Shown: in pieces, positions 19,283 to 28,700 of the stretch
Layout of the letters: the number at the start of each line of letters is the position of its first letter
Numbering within the stretch: the first letter of the stretch is position 1
Translations under genes and position numbers: made by a program
DNA from: Chloroflexota bacterium
GTDB lineage: Bacteria > Chloroflexota > Dehalococcoidia > GIF9 > UBA5629
Direction: 5' to 3'
Length of the DNA: 64,000 nucleotides
Assembly: GCA_016875875.1 (NCBI GenBank)
Contig: VGOP01000006.1
Location: forward strand, 6,203-70,202
The notes under the pieces: model-generated
Told to the model about the DNA's origin: nothing
Database searches by the model: none
Seen by the model: the letters and a program-made list of their open reading frames with translations, nothing else

Positions 19283-21141
19283 TGGAAGCAAAGCTAAATG
19301 GCGAATATACAATCCTTGTATGTCAAGGAACCGGCTGCGTATCTTCTAAATCTGACAGAATTACCCAGGCGCTCGAGAACCATATTAAGCAATCAGGACT
19401 GTCTAAAAACGTGCATGTAAAACTTACCGGGTGCCACGGTTTCTGCCAGCAAGGCCCTATCGTCATTGTTGAACCTGAAGGGATTTTTTATACCCAGGTC
19501 AAAGAAGAAGATGTGGCAGAAATCGTACAATCCCATATTGTAGACAGGAAATACGTAGAACGATTGTTTTATCATAACCCTGTCACCGACGAGGTTATTC
19601 CTCTATACAAGGATATCCCTTTTTACAGTCGGCAACACCGCCTAATACTGCGTAACTGCGGGCATATCAACCCTGAACAAATTGACGATTATCTGGCTAC
19701 TGGCGGCTATGCAGCATTGAAAAAGGCTATTTCCGAAATGGAACACACCCAAATCATTGAGGAGATTAACCGTTCAGGACTGCGGGGAAGAGGTGGTGCC
19801 GGATTTCCCACAGGGAAGAAATGGGACGAGGCCCATAAAGCAAAAGAACAGCCCAAATATGTGGTATGTAATGCCGATGAGGGAGACCCGGGAGCATTTA
19901 TGGACCGTTCTGTTCTAGAAGCCGACCCGCACTCTGTTATTGAAGGGATGGCTATCGCTGGCTATGCTATCGGCACATCTGAAGGCTATATATATGTCCG
20001 CGCTGAGTACCCATTGGCAGTGAAGCGGCTCCGCATTGCCATAGCACAAGCCAAGGAACGCAAACTACTAGGAAAAAATATCATGGGCAGCGGATTCAAC
20101 TTCGACATCGAGATAATGCAGGGTGCTGGGGCTTTCGTTTGCGGCGAAGGCAGTGCCCTGATGTATTCAATAGAAGGCAAGCGAGGAATGCCCCGGGTAA
20201 GGCCGCCGCGGTCAGTGGCAGCAGGGCTGTGGGGCAAACCTACATCTCTGAATAACGTCAAAACATATGCCAGCGTACCCTTGATTATCAACAGGGGTGC
20301 AGACTGGTATAGAAGTATAGGCACCGAGGGCAGCAAAGGAACAGCAGTGTTTGCTCTCACCGGCAAGATAGCCAATAGCGGCCTGATTGAAGTACCAATG
20401 GGAGCTACTCTCCGCGAGGTCGTTTTTGACATTGGAGGTGGTGTCCAGGAGGGCAAGAAATTCAAAGCTGTTCAGACAGGCGGCCCGTCTGGTGGCTGTT
20501 TGCCTGAGAGTGCATTAGACCTAACGATCGACTTCGAGTCACTAACTAAGGCCGGTTCTATGATGGGGTCTGGAGGCATGGTGGTAATGGATACAGACAC
20601 TTGCATGGTAGACCTGGCACGTTTTTTCCTCAACTTCTGCTGCAATGAATCATGTGGCAAGTGCGTGCCATGCCGAGAGGGACTGCCTCTAATGATTGAC
20701 ATCATGCACAAGATAACCCGAGGTGAAGGAGATTTACACGATATCGACCACCTGCTTGATTTAGGTGAGACAGTAACGAAGAGTGCCCTATGCGGATTGG
20801 GAACAACCGCCCCTAACCCTGTGCTGTCAAGTATTCGCTATTTCCGGGACGAGTGGGAGGCTCATGTCATCGACAAAAAGTGCCCGGCACTAGTGTGCAA
20901 GGCTCTTATAAATTTCTACGTACTCCCCGACAAATGCGCTGGCTGTGGTATCTGCCTCCGAGCCTGCCCTGTGGAGGCAATCAGCGGGGGCAAGAGGCTA
21001 GTCCACGTCATCGACCAGGAGAAATGCATCAAGTGTGCAACTTGCCTCGAGAAATGCCCTGAGCGCTTCAGCGCCATAGCCAAGGTGACAGGAGAGCAAA
21101 TCGCCGTGCCCAAAGAGCCAGTACCGATAGGCACACCTTAA
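19282..21141 (+). CDS. Second NuoF/HydB-like subunit (CGEGS variant)
   Basis: N-terminal CQGTGC/GCHGFC, NADEGDPGAFM, CGEGSALM, C-terminal 2x[4Fe-4S]. Confidence 0.93.
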   Translation: MEAKLNGEYTILVCQGTGCVSSKSDRITQALENHIKQSGLSKNVHVKLTGCHGFCQQGPIVIVEPEGIFYTQVKEEDVAEIVQSHIVDRKYVERLFYHNPVTDEVIPLYKDIPFYSRQHRLILRNCGHINPEQIDDYLATGGYAALKKAISEMEHTQIIEEINRSGLRGRGGAGFPTGKKWDEAHKAKEQPKYVVCNADEGDPGAFMDRSVLEADPHSVIEGMAIAGYAIGTSEGYIYVRAEYPLAVKRLRIAIAQAKERKLLGKNIMGSGFNFDIEIMQGAGAFVCGEGSALMYSIEGKRGMPRVRPPRSVAAGLWGKPTSLNNVKTYASVPLIINRGADWYRSIGTEGSKGTAVFALTGKIANSGLIEVPMGATLREVVFDIGGGVQEGKKFKAVQTGGPSGGCLPESALDLTIDFESLTKAGSMMGSGGMVVMDTDTCMVDLARFFLNFCCNESCGKCVPCREGLPLMIDIMHKITRGEGDLHDIDHLLDLGETVTKSALCGLGTTAPNPVLSSIRYFRDEWEAHVIDKKCPALVCKALINFYVLPDKCAGCGICLRACPVEAISGGKRLVHVIDQEKCIKCATCLEKCPERFSAIAKVTGEQIAVPKEPVPIGTP

Positions 21142-21156
21142 ACATAGCGTGTAAAA

Positions 21157-22959
21157 ATGGGTATTATTACTCTAACTATAGACGGTATAGAGGTCAGGAC
21201 TACCGAGGGCAAAAGAATCCTGGAAGCAGCACTGGATGCTGGCATTTACATCCCTAATTTGTGTGCGCTGCGAGATATTAAACTGCCTTTCGGAGCCTGC
21301 CGTCTATGCCAGGTGCAAATAGAAGGCAGACGGAGCGCCATCACCGCCTGCAGCGAACCCGCAGTCAACGGCATGGTCATTCTGAGCAACACACCTGAAG
21401 TAAACAGCCTGCGCCAAAAAATTCTAGAAGTAATGCTGGCCAGGCATCCACATGACTGCCTAACCTGCTGGAGGAGGGAGAGATGCCAGCCATTCGATAT
21501 ATGCCTGCGCAATGTGGCAGTAACTGAGCGCTGTGTTACCTGCCCAAAAAACGGACGGTGTGAACTCCAGCAAGCAGTTGATTTCATCGGCCTTGATGGA
21601 ATGCCTTTCCCCTACACCCCCAAAGGACTACCTGTCGAAAGGGACAATCCTTTCATTGTCCGCGACAACAATCTGTGTATTCTCTGTGGCCGTTGTATTA
21701 GGGTCGACCAGGAGATGTTGGGCTTCGAAGCTATAGCTTTCAATCTCCGCGGAGCCAGGACTTATATCGGCGGCGCATTCGGAAAACCCCTTATCGAGTC
21801 GGGATGCACCTTCTGCGGTTCCTGCGTAGAAGTTTGTCCGGTAGGAGCACTGATGGACCGCGGCGACGAATGGAATCGATGGCCTGACCGTGAGGCCGCT
21901 TCAATCCGCTGCAAATATGCCTGCCCTGTAATGTTAGATGTACCACGCTTCATACGTTTCATCAGGGAAGGAAAATATGCCGAAGCCGTGGCTGTTATCC
22001 GCGAAAATGTTCCTTTCGCTTCCATCTGTAGCCTTATTTGCGAGCATCCTTGCGAAATTGCCTGCCGCCGCCGCGATCTCGACCAGCCTGTTGCCATCAG
22101 AGCCTTAGAGCGCTTTGCCGTCGAACGTTCCGGCAAGGCTGAGCCTGTGAAAGGCTCAAAAGCTGCGGCCTCAGGCAAAAAGGTAGCCATCGTCGGATCA
22201 GGGCCTACGGGGCTTACCGCGGCCTATTACCTAGCCAAAAAAGGTGGACATGCCGTGACCATATTTGAAAGCTCCAGTCAGCCCGGTGGCATGATGCGAA
22301 CATCGATACCTGAATATACACTGCCTCGAAATATCCTGGATGCAGAAATAGAAGCCCTGACAAAGCTGGGAGTTAAAATAAAAACTAAGTCCAAGGTAGA
22401 ATCGGTTGACAAGCTAATTAAAGAAGGCTACGATGCCGTGCTTTTGGCTATCGGAGGCATGCCGGAAATCCCTGAACAATTTGGCGTTGAGGTCAACGAG
22501 GAAAATGCCATCCAGGTTGACACTGAAAACCTGATGACGAACAAAAAGGGCGTCTTTGCTGGGGGTGATACAGTGACTAAAAAATCGTCATTTATTGAAG
22601 CCGTGGCTGCCGGCAGGAAAGCAGCAATCTCCATTGATAGATACCTGGGTGGTAGCGGCGACATCAGCGAAGTCCTGGCACCTGTCATAGAAGGTGTACC
22701 CAGGGTAGGCAGAATTGACAATTTCGCTCAAAGAAAAAGGCAAGAGATGCCTACGGCAAAGCCAGCCAAGCAAATTGGCAACTTCACCCAAGTCGAGCTC
22801 GGGTTCAGCGATGGGCTAGGAAATGAAGAGGCAAAGCGATGCATGGGCTGCGATCTGAGATTTGCCGTGGCTCGCATGGTAGCTGGTCCAGAAGACAAAG
22901 TTAATAAGGCGGGTAGAGAGATTGAACCCTCCCTCTATTCGTCATCGCGAGGAGCGTAA
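21157..22959 (+). CDS. NuoG/HydA-type FeS N-terminus fused to a shortened GltD/NfnB-like flavoprotein domain
   Basis: [2Fe-2S], HxxxCxxC and 2x[4Fe-4S], then CKYACP, ICSLICEHPC, GSGPTG, FAGGD, EAKRCMGC. Confidence 0.85.
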   Translation: MGIITLTIDGIEVRTTEGKRILEAALDAGIYIPNLCALRDIKLPFGACRLCQVQIEGRRSAITACSEPAVNGMVILSNTPEVNSLRQKILEVMLARHPHDCLTCWRRERCQPFDICLRNVAVTERCVTCPKNGRCELQQAVDFIGLDGMPFPYTPKGLPVERDNPFIVRDNNLCILCGRCIRVDQEMLGFEAIAFNLRGARTYIGGAFGKPLIESGCTFCGSCVEVCPVGALMDRGDEWNRWPDREAASIRCKYACPVMLDVPRFIRFIREGKYAEAVAVIRENVPFASICSLICEHPCEIACRRRDLDQPVAIRALERFAVERSGKAEPVKGSKAAASGKKVAIVGSGPTGLTAAYYLAKKGGHAVTIFESSSQPGGMMRTSIPEYTLPRNILDAEIEALTKLGVKIKTKSKVESVDKLIKEGYDAVLLAIGGMPEIPEQFGVEVNEENAIQVDTENLMTNKKGVFAGGDTVTKKSSFIEAVAAGRKAAISIDRYLGGSGDISEVLAPVIEGVPRVGRIDNFAQRKRQEMPTAKPAKQIGNFTQVELGFSDGLGNEEAKRCMGCDLRFAVARMVAGPEDKVNKAGREIEPSLYSSSRGA

Positions 22960-23105
22960 GCGACATGACGCTCTCGATGATAGGAAGGCTGAATGTAGGG
23001 ACAGACCTTCAGGTCTGTCCGTGGCATTACAGACATGCGTTTCGGACAGGTCTAAAGACCTGTCCCTACATGCTGTGTGATTGCCACGCTTCGCTCGCAA
23101 TGACA
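22941..23105. repeat. GTCATCGCGAG...CTCGCAATGAC element enclosing a GTAG-type REP doublet
   Basis: Outer arms 22941-22975 and 23079-23105; inner GTAG-GGACAGACCT-TC-AGGTCTGTCC (22995-23020) and inverted GGACAGGTCT-AA-AGACCTGTCC-CTAC (23044-23069). Confidence 0.85.
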
Positions 23106-23211
23106 GAAGGGAAAGGCTTGGAATGGGGAGGAATTAATAAGTATTTTATTCGATAATACAGTTTTGAATAAATCATGAATTGTTCCAATCGGTCTCATTC
23201 CGGGGGCGATT

Positions 23212-24051
23212 ATGTATAAAATTGTGGCTAAAGAGAAGCTCTGTCCTGTAGTCGACTTCATGAAAATCGAGGCACCGGCAGTAGCCAAAAAGGCTAAAGC
23301 AGGCCAATTTGTCGTTGTCCGAGTTGATGAGGTTGGCGAACGCATCCCGCTTACCCTAGCCGATTGGGATGATAAAGAGGGCACTGTTACCCTTGTAGCC
23401 ATGCAGGTAGGAACCACTACCTATAAACTAGCCAAACTCAACACCGGTGACCAAATATTAGATTTGATTGGCCCTCTAGGATTATCTTCAGAAATAGATA
23501 ATTTCGGCACTGTGGTCTGTGTTGGCGGTGGCGTTGGCGTAGCTCCTGTATATCCGATAGCCAGAGCGCTAAAGCAAGCCGGAAACAAGGTTATCACCAT
23601 AATGGGCGCACGAAGCAAAGACCTGCTTTTCTGGGAAGACCGCCTGAGAAGCGTCAGCCACGAGCTGATAGTCACCACCGATGATGGCTCCTACGCCCGC
23701 AAGGGAGTGGTCACCGAGCCCTTGAAGGAAATATTGGAGAAAAACAAACAAATCAGCCGTGTCATTGCCATCGGCCCGGCTATAATGATGAAATTCTGCT
23801 CTTTAACCACCAAGCCTTTTGGCGTCACCACCCTTGTTAGCCTCAACTCGATTATGGTCGATGGCACCGGCATGTGCGGCTGCTGCCGCGCTTCTGTAGA
23901 GGGTAGCACCAAGTTCGTCTGCGTTGACGGCCCGGAATTCGATGGGCACCAGGTTGACTGGGACCTTGTGTTCAACCGCCAGCGGATTTACTGTGATGAA
24001 GAAAGGCAATCACTGGAACTGTGGAAAACCCACCAGTGTCAGCATTCTTAA
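23212..24051 (+). CDS. nfnA: NfnA/SudB-like FAD/NAD, [2Fe-2S] subunit
   Basis: GERIPLT, GPLG, GGGVG, MVDGTGMCGCCR, CVDGPEF. Confidence 0.9.
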   Translation: MYKIVAKEKLCPVVDFMKIEAPAVAKKAKAGQFVVVRVDEVGERIPLTLADWDDKEGTVTLVAMQVGTTTYKLAKLNTGDQILDLIGPLGLSSEIDNFGTVVCVGGGVGVAPVYPIARALKQAGNKVITIMGARSKDLLFWEDRLRSVSHELIVTTDDGSYARKGVVTEPLKEILEKNKQISRVIAIGPAIMMKFCSLTTKPFGVTTLVSLNSIMVDGTGMCGCCRASVEGSTKFVCVDGPEFDGHQVDWDLVFNRQRIYCDEERQSLELWKTHQCQHS

Positions 24052-24066
24052 AATCGGAGAGTAAAG

Positions 24067-25488
24067 GTGGAGGAAAAAGCCAAACCAAAGCTCGATTTGA
24101 ATAGAGTGGCTATGCCCCGCCAAGACCCGAAAGCCAGGGCAAGAAACTTCAATGAGGTGGCGCTGGGCTATACTCACGACATGGCACTTCAGGAAGCCAA
24201 CCGCTGTATTCAATGCCCCAAGCGTCCCTGTGCTGACGGCTGTCCGGTTAATGTAGACATCCCCGAATTCATCAAGGCAATACGAGACAATGATATGGCC
24301 GAGTCGGTGAGGATAATGAAGGGCAAAAATGCCCTACCAGGCATCTGCGGACGGGTCTGCCCACAGGAGACACAATGCGAGGAGGTATGCACACTATCCA
24401 AGAAAGGCGCACCAATAGCCATCGGCAGGCTGGAACGATATGTGGCTGACTGGGAACGGGAACATAGCGCAGAGCTGGCTACATCTCCCAACCTACTACC
24501 ATCGACAGGCAAGAAGGTGGCTGTAATCGGCTCAGGGCCTGCGGGACTGACCTGCGCCGCCGACCTAGTTAAATTCGGACACAAAGTGACCATCTTCGAG
24601 GCGCTACATGTTGCCGGCGGAGTGTTGATGTACGGTATACCCGAGTTCAGGCTACCCAAAGCCATTGTCCAGGGTGAGGTAGATTATGTCAAGTCACTGG
24701 GGGTAGAAGTCAGGCTTGACTCGGTGATGGGCAAACTGGCCACTGTGGATGAGCTACTGGAGAGCAACTATGATGCCGTCTTCCTGGGCACCGGTGCCGG
24801 GTTGCCCATGTTCCTGGATATACCCGGCGAGAATTTCAACGGCGTCTATTCAGCCAACGAATTCCTCACCCGTGTGAACTTGATGAAAGCCTATCTCTTC
24901 CCCGAGTACGATACCCCAATAAAGATAGGAAAGAAAGTAGCCGTTGTCGGCGGTGGTAATGTAGCTATGGACTCTGCCCGCTGTGCTTTGAGACTGGGCG
25001 CAGATGAAGTTTACATCATATACCGACGGTCTCGGGTTGAGATGCCAGCAAGACATGAGGAGGTGGAAAACGCCGAGGAGGAAGGGATTATCTTTAAGCT
25101 CCTCACCAATCCGAAACGATTTATAGGCAATGACCAGGGCTGGGTAACGGCAATGGAGTGCTACGGAATGGAACTCGGTGAGCCTGATGCCAGCGGCAGA
25201 CGCCGCCCCATCATTAAGGAAGGCAGCGAGTTCACCATTGAGGTTGATGTAGCCGTTGTGGCGCTGGGAACTACTCCCAACCCTCTGATTCCATCTACCA
25301 CAAAGGGACTGGAGACGAGGAAAAACGGCACTGTGATGGCTAATGAGGAAACGGGCAAGACAGTAAAGGACAGGGTCTGGGCGGGAGGTGATGTCGTCAC
25401 CGGCGCCGCCACCGTTATCAGCGCCATGGGTGCTGGCAAGCGAGCTGCCGCCTCAATAGATGCCCATCTAAAAAGCACCAAGTCCTAA
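24067..25488 (+). CDS. nfnB: NfnB/SudA-like FAD/NADP, 2x[4Fe-4S] subunit
   Basis: EANRCIQC, CGRVCPQE, GSGPAG, GGGNVAMD, YRRS, GAATVI; follows nfnA. Confidence 0.9.
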   Translation: MEEKAKPKLDLNRVAMPRQDPKARARNFNEVALGYTHDMALQEANRCIQCPKRPCADGCPVNVDIPEFIKAIRDNDMAESVRIMKGKNALPGICGRVCPQETQCEEVCTLSKKGAPIAIGRLERYVADWEREHSAELATSPNLLPSTGKKVAVIGSGPAGLTCAADLVKFGHKVTIFEALHVAGGVLMYGIPEFRLPKAIVQGEVDYVKSLGVEVRLDSVMGKLATVDELLESNYDAVFLGTGAGLPMFLDIPGENFNGVYSANEFLTRVNLMKAYLFPEYDTPIKIGKKVAVVGGGNVAMDSARCALRLGADEVYIIYRRSRVEMPARHEEVENAEEEGIIFKLLTNPKRFIGNDQGWVTAMECYGMELGEPDASGRRRPIIKEGSEFTIEVDVAVVALGTTPNPLIPSTTKGLETRKNGTVMANEETGKTVKDRVWAGGDVVTGAATVISAMGAGKRAAASIDAHLKSTKS

Positions 25489-25713
25489 GCACCAAATTTC
25501 AAATAGTCGAACTTGGGAATTTGCTTCTATTTTCACTACGGATGTAGGTTGGAGCGCAGATGCTCCAACCTACCCAAGAAGGTCATCGCGAGGAGCAATG
25601 GCAACGTGGCGATCTCAGCAAAAGGCAGACGCTGGTTGCCAGGCAGAGATTGCTTCGCTGCGCTCGCAATGACGGATTTGTTTAGGATTTAGGACTTCGA
25701 ATTTTAGATTTGG
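25473..25713. repeat. Composite repeat: inverted heptamer arrays enclosing a GTAG hairpin and a GTCATCGCGAG element
   Basis: AAGCACC AAGTCCT AAGCACC AAATTTC (25473-25500); GTAGGTTGGAGC..GCTCCAACCTAC (25544-25573); arms 25582-25616 and 25646-25673; reverse heptamers 25676-25713. Confidence 0.8.
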
Positions 25714-28700
25714 CAGTGCCTTTCGGGCGGGGTGTGGCCAATAGGCGCTTTATCTCCGTGCTCAACTTCTTAACATCAAACGGCTTGTGAATATATGGAA
25801 CTCCTGTCCTGGCAATAAAGGCTTCAGTATCCACCCCTATAACATCACCGGTGATGAAGACTACCCGTTGCGCCAAGGACTCAGCTATCTCCTTAATACG
25901 CTCATACAGCTCGCTACCGCTCATTCCGGGCAACTTGATGTCCAGCAGTATGAGGTTATACCTGTTACTCTTAATCCTATTCAAGGCGTCCTTGCCATCG
26001 TCCGTGGCCTCCACCTCATGCCCCTCCTCAGTCAGAACCTGGCTTAACAGGCGCCTTACCACCGGCTCATCATCCACCACCAGTATCTTGCCTTTAGCTG
26101 CCTTTTTCGGTTCGCGGGCTGGCTTGACTTGCCTGGGACGTTTCTCCTCAGTAACTATGGGCAATTCCACGATGAAGGTAGCCCCCTTGTCCAGCTTGCT
26201 TTCAGCCCATATCCTGCCACCGTGCTCGGTTACTATGCCGTGGCAGATGCTCAAGCCAAGCCCCGTCCCCTTGCCTATCTCTCTGGTGGTAAAGAAGGGG
26301 TCGAATATCCTATCCAGGTTCTCCTCAGCTATACCAAGCCCATCGTCTTTGAATGATATACGGATAGCATTACCTAACTGCTCTGTCTTGATTATGAGCT
26401 TCCCTTTACCACGGGCCAATTTCATCTCCATCTCGGCATTTATAATCAAATTTAGGAACACCTGCTGGAGCTGGCCAGGGTCGGCAAAAGTTAAAGGCAG
26501 GTCGGAAACAAGCTTGGTGGTGACCTTTATATTACTCGTCCCTAACTCATAGGCACGCAGGCGTAAGACAACCTCGATAACCTGGTTAATATCGACAACC
26601 GTACGCTCCGGCCTAGTCTGGCGAGCGAAAGTAAGTAGACCCTTTACAATACCAGCTACTCGCTTAGCCCCGTCATGGATAACCTCTAAATCACTCCTGA
26701 TGTGCTCAGGAACATCTTCTTGCATCAGCAACTCGGAATAACCGATAACGCCGGTAAGCGGGTTATTTATTTCGTGGGCAATGCCGGCTGCCATCTCACC
26801 CACAGAAGCCAGGCGGCTAGCGAGCTGAGCCTTTTGCTCAAATTCCCTCCTCTCCTCTTCAGCCTTTTTTCGTTCACTGATGTCCCGCATGACTCCCAGA
26901 ATACCGATAGCTCGACCAGCCGGGTCACGCATGAAGTTCATTTTCAGCTCTACCCATAAGGTGGAGCCGTCACGACGAAGTATCTCCACTTCCAGTGTCC
27001 GTGACCTGGTCGGGTCCAGTGGTGTGACGTTTGCCATGACCAATTCCTCAGCAAAAGTCTTCATGGCGAGCTCTTGGGAAGACAACGTCAGAAGCTGGCC
27101 AATTGACATTGACATAACCTCTTCAGCGGTGCGGCCTCCAAGATATTTAACAGACGGACTGACATAGATGAACCGTAAATCCATATCCATAGCCCAGATA
27201 ACATCTCTCACGTTTTCAGCCAGCAAGCGGTAACGCACTTCACTTGCCCGCAGTGCCTCTTCAGCTTTTTCCCGCTCAGTGATATCTTCACCAGAGCTAA
27301 GAGTACCAATAATTTTGCCCACTGCATCCTTTAAAATGACATTATGCCAGGCGATGATTCTCTCCCCCCCGTTTCTGTTCAAGACAGGATTCTCAAAATA
27401 CTCAACAGGTTCAACTTCTCCAGCCATCAATTTATTGAAAACCGCTTTTACTTCATCCCTGACTCTTTCGGGAATTAATGTGTCAAACCAATTCTTGCCA
27501 ATTATCTCTTCCTGTTTGTACCCCAAAATCTGGCAACCCTTCCTGTTTATTAAACTAACTCTGCCATCAGCATCGTTGGCTATAAACATAACCCCAGCAA
27601 CATCAAGATACCGTTGTGCCCTATCTTTCTCCTGCTGCAATTGCTCCTCAAACTTCTTGCGCTGTTTCTCCCGCTCTATAGATTCAATGCCGAAAGAGAC
27701 ATTGGCTGCCATACGGTCGAGCAATGTGGCCTCCTGCTCGGTGAAGAAATTCGTCTCAGCAGCATAAAAGCTGAGAGCGCCGATAACCTTAGCCCCGAGC
27801 CGCAACGGAAAAGAGGCACTAGAACGATAGCCACGTTTGGCGGCTTCAACACGCCAGGGATGCATACGCGGGTCCTGCTCCCAATCGTTGCAGATATCAT
27901 ATCTGCCCTCTCGAATAGCAGTGCCCGTGGGACCACGACCATCCGGAACGTCGTCAATAGATATTTTGACCCTCTTTAGATATCTATCCTCAAATCCGTG
28001 ATAGGCAACCGGCTTCACTACATGAGTATCAAGGTCAACTAAGCCAACCCACACCATCCGAAACCCACCATCATCAACAGCAATGCGGCATATCTCCTGA
28101 CAAAGCTTCTCTACCTCGTGAATGCGGACAACGGCTTCATTGGTACTACCCAACACAGCATACAGTCTGCCAAGACGAGCAGCTTTTTCCTCGGCTTGCT
28201 TTCTTACAGTAATGTCGCGGGAATTCACGACAATGCCACGTATAGCAGGATGTTCAAGAAGGTTACGCCCGACCACATCGACAATACGCCATGAACCGTC
28301 TCCATGCTGCCCTCGCACCTCCATATTGACTGTATCCTCGGGATTCCTCAAAATATAATCGAATCTTTCACCAATAAGAGCTATATCATCAGGATGAACA
28401 TTCTTGAAAATATCACTACCAATTTCGTCAATTGGATCGCGTCCCCAGATATTTTTATAGTTAGGACTCTGATATTTCACAGTTCCAAGAGAATCGATAA
28501 TAGCAACGACATCTAACGAATTTTCAATGAGTGCCCGGAAATGTTCTTCACTCTGTCGCAGCATCTGCTCCGCTTGCTTGCGCTCGGTAATGTCCTGATA
28601 AATAACCTGGAATTGCTTTTCACCATCCCACAGCACTTTTCCGCGGGACACCAATAGATTTCGAACTTGTCCATCTTTACGCACAGTGCTGATCTCGTAA

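Noticed and set aside
13683-21141. Respiratory complex I or [FeFe]-hydrogenase operon
   Set aside because: There are no membrane Nuo subunits and no H-cluster motifs.
22965-23156. 63-aa ORF (also 9587-9799 and 30917-31111)
   Set aside because: These are translations of palindromic repeats (CHASLAMT, CERSEAIS) with no coding support.
24067-25488. Glutamate synthase small subunit
   Set aside because: No large subunit is nearby and the gene is paired with nfnA.
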